From: Macrostomum lignano
Lineage: Eukaryota
Assembly: GCA_002269645.1 (NCBI GenBank)
Contig: NIVC01003421.1
Location: forward strand, 1 to 64,000
DNA: 64,000 nucleotides
Direction of reading: 5' to 3'
Of the stretch, positions 45,556 to 56,300 are shown one piece after another. The position numbers and the translations under genes were made by a program. The notes beneath the pieces are model-generated. The model saw only the letters and a program-made list of their open reading frames with translations, did not search any database and was not told the origin of the DNA. Numbering within the stretch: position 1 is the stretch's first letter; the number at the start of each line of letters is the position of its first letter.

Positions 45556-47679
45556 ATGGCCGCTCTTCGTCTGGAATCGAACAAAACCGCGACACATTGC
45601 TCACCGTCTTCAGTACCTGCTGAGTCTGCTCTGTCCAGCTTTGTTAATCTTGAGCGCATTGTCCTGGATCTAGAGAGCCAATCCATATCCAGAATCGAAT
45701 TGCCAGCTAAATCAGACGGCATTGAAAAATGCAATCAGTCCGGCACTTTAACTAAACTCCTCCATTTAAAACCAGTTGTTAAATTGACTCGATTGAAAAT
45801 CTTACCTGCAGCCAATCGCTGTTCAAGCCAAATCGACCAGCCTAGGCAATGGATTATATCAGCCTCCATATTGCCTTACACGCCTCAGGTTGGCGATCTG
45901 GCTGTTTACTTAGCTGACGCCCACACCGGCTGGTTTAATAATTATCGACAGAAGCATAAACTCGTTGCTCCTACTTATAGTAGTAAACTTTTTGAAGAAA
46001 CACCCGACGCTGTTAGACCCGAGCGAGCTGTGGTCCGAGTGCGCGGCATTCGCTACGTCCAATGTCGGAAACCCGACCAGCCAGCCGACTGGTTGATGCG
46101 GCTGCGCCTGAGAATTATCGGTGAAAATTGTGCTCAATCTAAATCAACAGTGCCAGAATTTATTGATGTCACCTGGCCTTTGATTGGTAGTAATTCTACA
46201 GAGTCTAGCAGCCTTGCTACGCCACAGTTTCTTGTGCCTCATTCTGTCTATAATGCTGCTATGCAAATGCAGTGGCACGTTGGTGACAAGTGTCGTTACC
46301 GCTGTTGTCATGGCAACAATAGTAAAGCGGAGTCTGACCGACTTGGCACAGTGCTGGGGTTTGACAAACAAAATCTAGTCAGCGGCTGGCGTTGCGTCAG
46401 AGTTCAGTGGGATGATGAAGTCGGCGAGGATCGTGTCAGCCCGTGGGAGATGCTGCCGGTTAGTGAAATTTGTGTTTGAGTCTGTTTATCCGCGCTTGTA
46501 GTCTGTTTATCCACTCCTTGAGGCTTCGGTCTGTTTATCCGCTCCTTGAGGCTTGAGTCGGTTTATCCGCTCTCTAAGTCTGACTATCCACTCTTCGAGT
46601 CTGTTTATACGCTCTTTGAGTCTGTTTATCCTCTCTTCGAGTCTGTTTATCCGCTCTTTGAGTCTGTTTATCCTCTCTTTGAGTCTGTTTATCCGCTCTT
46701 TGAGTCTGTTTATCCGCTCTTTGAGTCTGTTTATCCTCTCTTTGAGTCTGTTTATCCTCTCTTTGAGTCTGTTTATTCTCTCTTTGAGTCTGTTTATCCG
46801 CTCTTTGAGTCTGTTTATCCTCTCTTTGAGTCTGTTTATCCGCTCTTTGAGTCTGTTTATCCGCTCTTTGAGTCTGTTTATCCGCTCTTTGAGTCTGTTT
46901 ATCCGCTCTTTGAGTCTGTTTTTCCTCTCTTTGAGTCTGTTTATCCGCTCTTTGAGTCTGTTTATCCGCTCTTTGAGTCTGTTTATCCTCTCTTTGAGTC
47001 TGTTTATCCGGTCTTTGAGTCTGTTTATCCCGTCTTTGAGTCTGTCTCTATTCCATAAATCTCTGAGAAGTTGCCTGTTTTAACTCTGAATACCATGACC
47101 TATATTTAAAGTTCAGTTGCCTTAATTATCTCGCATAAATTTCAACCAACCCCAAAACAGTTGGACCAAGACAACGCGACAAAGACTGCCGTTTTGTCGA
47201 CAACCGAATCTGCCTCATCTCGGCGCTCAGAGTCGCTACTGCTGGACCGCATGCTCTCCTGTCTTCAAGAATGTCGCCGACCCTGCTGGCGTCGCCTGTT
47301 CGGCCTCGCTTTCTTAGCCGATCGTCGACCTCGCCGTTGTCAGAAGAGTTGGAAATCGAATTTTCCACTAAGCGTTTCCATGGTGACGAAGCGGCTTCGA
47401 CTTGGACAGTATCGGCATTCGCTGGCCGTTTTGCACGACTTAGCCGCTCTGTGCACCAACTATCGGAAGCGTTGGAGACTCGCCTATCGTACTGGCAGCG
47501 TCCGGAACACGGCCGAGGCGGCGATCGACGTTAAACGAGCCAGTCTGCTCTGCGACTCTGTAGCCGTTTGTTGCAGCCGGCTGGGCCAAGGAATTCAGGA
47601 GGATGAGAATTTGCGACAGATGCTGCTTGTGCCTGGCAGGGAAGGCCTGCTGCCCTTAGTTACCGGCGTGTTCCGCTGA
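45556..47679 (+). CDS. Divergent partial PHIP paralog: Tudor-like module + degenerate bromodomain, about 473 aa
   Basis: Exons 45556-46458 and 47161-47679 (GT-AG, phase 0). Motifs PYTPQVGDLAVY, QWHVGD, RVQWDD...VSPWEM and FPLSVSMVTKRLRLGQYR...HDL...VKRASLLCD align by eye to PHIP exons 14-16. There may be an upstream exon (acceptor at 45545). Confidence 0.8.
46476..47047. repeat. 21-bp minisatellite (TTTGAGTCTGTTTATCCGCTC) filling the paralog's only intron
   Basis: About 27 copies. Confidence 0.96.
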
Positions 47680-47869
47680 AACTGATTAGTTAATGTTGTG
47701 CATGAACCTTCATCAAACCATATTTATTGATAAGATTCTTAATCTACCTCTTTAGCGAAGATTTTCTAACGGTTGAGTTTGGGGTGAAGGTGGCTGTCCT
47801 TGCCCCAATCAATAATATTGTTAAGGTCGGGTGTCTGGAATAAAATCAATATATTTTTATCAAAACCCA

Positions 47870-48285
47870 GTTGGGGTGGGTGTCTTGGCTAAATCGATCG
47901 ATATTGAAGTGGGATGGGTGTCTTGGCTAAATCGATCGATATTGAAGTGGGATGGGTGTCTTGGCTAAATCGATCGATATTGAAGTGGGATGGGTGTCTT
48001 GGCTAAATCGATCGATATTGAAGTGGGATGGGTGTCTTGGCTAAACCGATCGATATTGAAGTGGGATGGGTGTCTTGGCTAAACCGATCGATATTGAAGT
48101 GGGATGGGTGTCTTGGCTAAACCGATCGATATTGAAGTAGGATGGGTGTCTTGGCTAAACCGATCGATATTGAAGTGGGATGGGTGTCTTGGCTAAACCG
48201 ATCGATATTGAAGTGGGATGGGTGTCTTGGCTAAATCGATCGATATTGAAGTAGGGGTGGGTGTCTTGTTATAATCGACCGATAT
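47870..48285. repeat. 38-bp minisatellite (GGGTGTCTTGGCTAAATCGATCGATATTGAAGTGGGAT), intergenic copy
   Basis: About 11 homogeneous copies. Confidence 0.95.
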
Positions 48286-48889
48286 ATAGTTATATGTATT
48301 TATCTGCAAGTCATGTTTTGTATTTATAAATATAGGTGATCTGGGGTGTCTGTGTTTTAAATCGTGTTTTACACTTCTTTGTTGTGTTTTCTTTTTTACT
48401 CGTAAGCTAAGAATCTTACTCTCTTCTTTCACGTTTTAAAGGTAATCAGTTGGCTAATATAGAATAAAGCCTTCTTCTTTCATGACAATGCCACTGTGAA
48501 TGTCGATGTATTGAATATTTGTTCATCTATAGTTAATAATCACGTGCTTTACCAATCATAAAATTGCAATCTACTTCTGTGCAAATGCAAATTTAGCCAT
48601 TGGCTAAATCTACCCTGTAATTACATTTTATCTGTTATCTAGAGTTCCTTTGTTATCTACCGATGCTTTTATGCATTCCTTTTAAAATATTTCCACACTA
48701 ATATGCAGTATATCAAGTTAATAATTTCATACGTGTCTTATTGTCATATGCGCTTAAATTAAGCAGTAACCTATTTAAAAGCATAGTTAATTAAAATATA
48801 TGTTTGGAGCCATGTGCCATATTAATTATTGCAGTGAATGTTGATTTCATAAAAATATTCCTGTCCTTATTATTCACTTTATACCCATA

Positions 48890-49596
48890 GCGCACCCACC
48901 CCACTCCCCAGTTTGATCGACTGGCCACGCTTTGCAGTTCAGACCCATCGCGCGCACCCACCCCACTTCCCGCTGGGTTTGGCTGGCCACGCTTTGCAGT
49001 TCAGACCCATCGCGCACCCACCCCACTCCTCGCTGGGTTTGGCTGGCTACGCTTTGCAGTTCAGACCCATCGCGCGCACCCACCCCACTTCCCGCTGGGT
49101 TTGGCTGGCCACGCTTTGCAGTTCAGACCCATCGCGCACCCACCCCATTCCTCGCTGGGTTTGGCTGGCTACGCTTTGCAGTTCAGACCCATCGCGCGCA
49201 CCCACCCCACTTCCCGCTGGGTTTGGCTGGCTACGCTTTGCAGTTCAGACCCATCGCGCACCCACCCCACTCCCCGCTGGGTTTGGCTGGCTACGCTTTG
49301 CAGTTCAGACCCATCGCGCACCCACCCCACTTCCCGCTGGGTTTGGCTGGCTACGCTTTGCAGTTCAGACCCATCGCGCACCCACCCCACTCCTCGCTGG
49401 GTTTGGCTGGCTACGCTTTGCAGTTCAGACCCATCGCGCGCACCCACCCCACTCCTCGCTGGGTTTGGCTGGCTACGCTTTGCAGTTCAGACCCATCGCG
49501 CACCCACCCCACTCCTCGCTGGGTTTGGCTGGCTACGCTTTGCAGTTCAGACCCATCGCGCGCACCCACCCCACTCCCCGCTGGGTTTGGCTGGCA
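48890..49596. repeat. 61/63-bp minisatellite (CGCACCCACCCCACTCCTCGCTGGGTTTGGCTGGCTACGCTTTGCAGTTCAGACCCATCG...)
   Basis: About 11 copies between the convergent gene ends. Confidence 0.95.
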
Positions 49597-50318
49597 ACTG
49601 TGTATTTCGGACCCTTCAGATAGAGGAGTACTCGTACATGTAGAAGTAAAAAAGTTAGACAGCTAGCTCTTGAATGCAAGCAGTTTTGATACGCCAAATC
49701 AAGTACGTATAGACGTTCAAAGCGTTTTTATATTATATATTATTTAATCAAAATATGAAGCTTCTACAGATTCAAGGTCGGAAGTTGAGTCGCCTTGCGA
49801 AATATTATTTTTCTTTCGATGAGACAAATCAACTGCCTCAAATACCTATATTATAGTTTGTACGAGTGTGTACCAGATCTGGCATGCGTTGCAAATGAAA
49901 GTATCCATTGAATATTGGCACTGAATATACATGGGGAATAATTGATTGAAAAAATGACGAGATTACCTTACATCGATAGCTACAACACGCTGTACATGAA
50001 AGTGATTTTAGAAAGAGAAATTTAACACTAATTCCAATTACTTAATTTTCATTTCGTATAAACGAGTGGGCTTCTTATCACTATCAGGTACCGGTATAGG
50101 AAACAAATCACAAGCCATCGAAGGTTAACTAAAAAGTGTGAGCTTCAGTTAGGTGTACAAATAACAAAATCAAAGCGATTTACTAAGATAATAAATCAAT
50201 CAATCAATTTTTAACAATTATTCGATCGAAGCACTATTTCAGTGAGACCTTAGCCACTTGTTTTTTGTACTCAAACAGAAAAAGTCCTACGAACGCACTA
50301 CTAGCAGTAGCTTGCCGG

Positions 50319-53300
50319 CTAAACAGAGGGCTGACTGCGATCGTTAGTGACGGCCTTCTTTAAGCCGTCCTTGCGGAATCCGGCGATATCCGACAGCAGC
50401 GCGCCGCGGCCCTGGCCACCGCCAGCCGCTCCAGGGTCACCGCTGGGTGGCATCGGCGGTGGTGGCGGCGGTGGGACACCAGGAGGCGGAGGAGGAGGCG
50501 GCTGCTGTTGCTGCTGTTGCGCGCTCGCTGTGTTAATGAAATGTACGATTTGTCTTGGTCAAACCGATCGATATTGGAGTGGGATGGGTGTCTTGTCCAA
50601 TCGATTGATATTGGGGTGGAATGGGTGCCCTGGTCAAATCGATCGATTTTGGAGTGGGAGAGGGTGTCTTAGTTTAATCGATCGATATTGGAGTGGGGTG
50701 GGTGTCTTGGTCAAACCGATCGATATCGGAGTGGGAGTGGGTGTCTTAGTCTAATCGATCAATATTGGAGTGGGATGGGTGTCTTGGTCCAATCGACCGA
50801 TTCTTGAGTGGAATGGGTGCCCTGGTCAAATCGATCGATTTTGGAGTGGGAGAGGGTGTCTTAGTTTAATCGATCGATATTGGAGTGGGGTGGGTGTCTT
50901 GGTCAAACCGATCGATATTGGAGTGGGAGTGGGTGTCTTAGTCTAATCGATCAATATTGGAGTGGGATGGGTGTCTTGGTCCAATCGACCGATTTTTGAG
51001 TGGAATGGGTGCCCTGGTCAAATCGAGTTTAGTTTAATCGATCGATATTGGAGTGGGGTGAGTGTCTTGGTCAAATCGATCGATATTGGAGTTGGGATGG
51101 GTGTCTAGGTCAAACCGATCGATATTGAAGTACTCGGCTTTTCACTTACGGTTGACTTTAGTAGCATCACCGTCTGCGGACTGCAACAAGACGGAAGAAT
51201 AAAGAGAACCGTTTTAATTCATAGAAAGAAAACTTCTATTGGAAGCTGCAGGAGCTGGTCAAACCAAAGCTTTTAAAACAGAACTCACAGAAAATTTCGC
51301 TGTCCTTCTTGCCCGCCTTTCATCCTCAGTAAGGTTGGCCGCTCTCGAACGCCGTTTCACCAGGCTCACTTGGCGCTGGTCCTCTCGCAGTCGGAACTCT
51401 TGAGCAGCCTTATAGGCGGTGAGCACCTCTTTAGCTCTGCCAGCAATCTTCCACTGTGGCTTGGCCAGATAGTGAACCGGCGTGGATGCGAAGAAGCTTG
51501 AGTTGGGATTTGAGCACTTTATTTATGAGTCATTGCGTTCCGTATAAAAAAATAATCCCCAATTCCTCTTTGGTTAAAAGACCAAGTTTCCAACTAAGCA
51601 TTCTGGCCACAGAACTTCATTTCCTTACTCAAAGAAGCCTCTATGGTCGCTGCGCTCCCCAGGAAGGGACACTATAGTTTGGGTAGCATACAAGTTTAGG
51701 GGTAAAAACCCAATTGGAAAGCAGTAAATGAATAGGAAAATGCAACGTTTTTCATTTTTTGATTGATAACTTTTTAACTCAAAGTCATAGAAAGATGCAG
51801 CTTGCACTATTCAACGCAAAACATTCAGAACTTTAGGTCTCCAAGGTAAGGTTGTATTATTCAAAAAACTCCCGTTTTTAGTGCGAGAAAAAATACTTTA
51901 CGACCCATCAGGCCATGCAAACATATGAAATAAAAATTGAATTGGTTACCCTTAGGTGATAATCAAGCAAAAGAGAGTGAAATTAACTTACATACAGAGC
52001 AGACAATTGCTGGTGCAAGCTGTATAAAAATAGCACTTTGTATGACTCCATAAAACAAAAGCAAAATCTACTAAGAGTATACATCAGAGCTATAGCTCAT
52101 TTCTCAGATAGTTTTGACTATCTATCTGCCTCATCCTAGCATGGCACTCTCTCGCCGAGTCTGAGCAGATGTCATTGTGGTAGGTCGCTTCTCAGGAACA
52201 GTTTCGATGAAGTAGGATGGCGCGTTTGGAAAGATGCTGGGTACGGCATCAGAAGTGAACCAAGCGTCGATTTTTCAGCTTCTTTGCTTGTCCATCTGCA
52301 TATGCAAAAGCCGGAGCGCTTACGGCTGGAGTTGGAGTCCTAAGAGTTTGTTACAAAGAACATTTCCGAAAAATGCAGCGAGCAGATCCGGTAGTTGTGC
52401 TTTGGATCGCAGCGCAACTTCTCCCAACTCTGCTGCTGTCCACTTTCGGGGAATTGCAGAGATCCATTTTCCCAGAAGCTCCGGCTGTGTATATATTCTT
52501 TTTCCAGTTAGCAAGCTATGAAATACGAGAGGTGTTACAAAAGTTCGCGTACCAACTGCTCTAGCGAGAAATCGATAAGCAGCAGCATCATTTCATATTT
52601 TATGCCATTCCCCTAAACTTGTATAGCGGAGTGGCGTGGGGCGGATGAGTGTCATGGAGGAAAGAATAGAATGGAGTGCTAATCTGAGCCAGTTATTTTT
52701 ATCTCGCTCGATCTTCGCTTTTAACATCCCTTTCCCCCCGTTCTTTCCTATTGGCTCGTGACTACCATAGACAAAATCTTTTTCGTCTCGATTTCGTTTT
52801 CGCCCCCTCGGAAAGTAACACCATCTGAAAGTAGTATCGTGGACTATATGTGAATATAATGCCAGTGGATACAGCATGCGAAGCTTTGAGCAAAAATTCA
52901 ATCTGCTTGATTCTGAACATTCGGTCAATTCATTTTAAGATTCACTTGAATCTAAAAACGTTATATTACTAAAATACATGATGCGTTATATTTTGCAGTG
53001 TATATACAAGAGTCGTCGTGTGACCGTACTATGTTATGACCGTACATACATAGAAATTCAAAGGCAGCACTAAATTCTTTTGAAAAATAAACATTAAACT
53101 AATGGCTTTCAGTTTATGTAGTAACTACCAGAAATTTTTAACTTTAACTTAAAACTTAAACTTAAAGAAACTTAACGTACAATAAACTTTTATCAATTTT
53201 TGTGAAATTAAATGCCTGATGATTCTGGCAGCGAAGGGCATGTCATTTTAGTTAAGCTACACAAAAAACTAAAACTCTGAAAAAAACATATTTTGACGTG

Positions 53301-56300
53301 AGCTCGCACTTTGGTGTGACATATTTTTCAGAGGGGGCGAAAACGAAATCGAGACGGAAAAGACTTTGTCTATGGAAGTCACGAGCCAATAGGAAAGAAC
53401 GGGGGGGGAAAGGGATGTTAAAAGCGAAGATCAATCGAGATAAAAATAACTTGCTCAGATTAGCACTCCATTCTATTCTTTCCTCCATGGTGAGTGTCCC
53501 TTCCTGGGGAGCGCAGCGACCATAGAGGCTTCCCTGCCTTACTATTGCCTGCAAGGCAAGCAAGTTGATATTTTGGCCATAGACATCGGCACAATGAAGG
53601 ATGCCAGCAGCAACCACTGCCATAGACTCTCAATTTTCAAAACTATTGTTGAATTTTTGAGCTTATTGAAATAATGCCATAAAAATGGAGTTCCATTTTC
53701 CCTCGTTATGCGCCGGGCCAAATCGATTGCTTCTGAATCGGAATAATTTTATAAAAATACCCCACCCAGCCAAAGGATTAGGCCAGGATCGGCTAACTCC
53801 GGCCCGCGAAGCCTCTCTATCTGGCCTTCGGGTCTCAATGTTTGTGTCTCTTCTCCCCTCTCATCTCTCGACTCACCTCTCTCCCCTCTTCTCTCTCCAC
53901 TCTTCCCTCTCTCTTCTCTCTTCCCTCTCCCCTCTTCTACCCCCTTCCTCTCTCCCATCTCCTTTCTTCCCTTTCCCTCCTTTCTCTCATGTCTCTTCTC
54001 CCATTTCATCTCTCGCCTCTCCTCTCTTACTCTTTTCTCTCTTATCTTCTCTCATCTTTCCACTCTCGTGTGGCCCGCAGCCAAGAGCAGGATTCTTAAT
54101 CTGAGTCTTGAGGTAAAAAGTCTGCCAACCCCTGGATTAGGCAGTGACCTTCACTATCTTTAACTTACGGATTTTCCAACAGTTCTGGAACTGTAGGCAT
54201 CCCAGATCTAATGGCATCTTCGGTTAAAATCGATTGAATAATATTCTCTGGAATTGGATAAATAATTGAAAAGAAAACAAATTAAAATGATAAAAACAAC
54301 AACCTTAAAACTCAACAACTCACTCAGATCAGTGGAGCAGGTCAGCGAGTGCGTGTCCACATAGGACGAAGTTAACACCTGACCAGTGGCCATTTCGTAC
54401 AGGCAGTGGCCGAACGAATAAACGTCAATTTCTTCAAAAGATTTCAGACGTTTCAACGACAGAACTCGTTGACGAAGCGAGCAGCTCAGGCCTAGCAGAC
54501 CGTTCTCAAGGTCTGTCAGCTTGCAGCCGTTCTCAGATACAAGCACGTTTCCAAGGTGGAGATGTCCTGGGTAAAGCAGTTTGAGCATTGGATTTTACAT
54601 GACTTGTTTAAGCATTGGACACGTGACTCCCTACTGACCTTGAGGACACGTGAGGACTCTGAGGACAGGTGACCCCCTACTGACCCTAAGGACACGTGAC
54701 TCCTATTGACTCTGAGGAAACGTGACCCCCTAACTACTCAGAAGACACATGATTTTAAAAGTACACTAACAAAGGACACGTGACCCCCTACTGACCCTGA
54801 GGACTCGTGACTCCCTACTGACCCTGAAGACACGTGACTCCCTACTGACCCTGAAGACACGTGACTCCCTACTGACTCTGAAGACACGTGACTCTCTACT
54901 GACCCTGAGGACACGTGACTCCCTACTGACCCTGAGGACACGTGACTCCCTACTGACTCTGAGGACACGTGACTCCCTACTGACTCTGAGGACACGTGAC
55001 TCCCTGACTCTGAGGACACGTGACTCCCTAACTACTCAGAAGACACATGACCTTAAAAGTACACTACCTAAGAACACGTGACGTAGCCCATAATCGATAA
55101 CTCACCGTAGGCGAAGCCCTTTGAGTGCATAAACTTGAGTGCTTCAAGAATCTGCCGACCAAACGACTGGATCTGCGGCACACTGAGACCGCCGCTAGAA
55201 GACGAAGCTCCTTTTTGTCGGCCGTACTTCTTTAGACAGTCCAACTTTGGCTTTGCCTATAAAAATTAAACCAGTATGTACATTAGAACTTTAAAGTGTA
55301 AACGTGAAGTGTAACAGGTTAACAATCTTTTTAAGGCCCACCTTGTGCAGTAGGTCTCGAACTGAGCCGTGCCTTTCAAATTGTCTGACGCAATAAAATC
55401 CGTGCTTAACGGCTCCGCAAATGTTGGCATTGGCAATGAATGGGTGCTAGAATTTCAGCATTAGAACAAGAAACAATAATAATGAACAAACTACTTTACT
55501 GTAAGTAGAAAGTAAAGAAAAAATAGATAAAATTACGCTAATCGACGTTAGACAGGACACAACGGCAGCCGTGTCTTTCTGGTCCAAATTGCAAAACGGT
55601 CCGTAGCCAACCTATATAAAAACGAAAAAAAATCTTTAAATGAAATTCAACTACTAACAGTAGTTCTAAATAGAAAATATATTGAATAAACACTCACCCA
55701 AGTCATCAGGTACTCATTCCTGTCCGTGGGCAGAGCGCTCTCCGCAGTGAAATAAGTTTTACGAATTCTTGTTCCTGTAAATTGTAAATCATGACTCACT
55801 GAAATTCAATGCCACTTTATAAGCTTCAAGTTTTAATAACTTACCCATAAACGAACAGGGTTGCAACACCTGAAAAGTGCTTTCGGATCTGAGAACCATC
55901 GACACGTGTTGCAGTGACAGCTCTGTGAGGATGCAAGAGTGGAAAGAAATTATTGTTGATAAAGGAATAACAGCATGAGCATCTGAGAGGATGATGGTGA
56001 CCTAGCAACTAAAGATCTGGGAGGCTGGCCCTGCAACTGAGGATCTGGGAGGCTGGCCCAACAACTGAGGATCTGGGAGGCTGGCCCAGCAACTGAGGAT
56101 CTGGGAGGCTGGCCCAGCAACTGAGGATCTGGGAGGCTGGCCCAGCAACTGAGGATCTGGGAGGCTGGCCCAGCAACTGAGGATCTGGGAGGCTGGCCCA
56201 ACAACTGAGGATCTGGGAGGCTGGCCCAGCAACTGAGGATCTGGGAGGCTGGCCCAGCAAATGAGGATCTGGGAGGCTGGCCCAACAACTGAGGATCTGG

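Noticed and set aside
53845-54065. CT-rich ORFs (53685-54104 and overlapping frames)
   Set aside because: Low-complexity polypurine/polypyrimidine tract inside a PXK intron.
54324-55256. Degenerate kinase motifs (HLHLGN in place of HRD) as a novelty
   Set aside because: PXK-family proteins are established pseudokinases.
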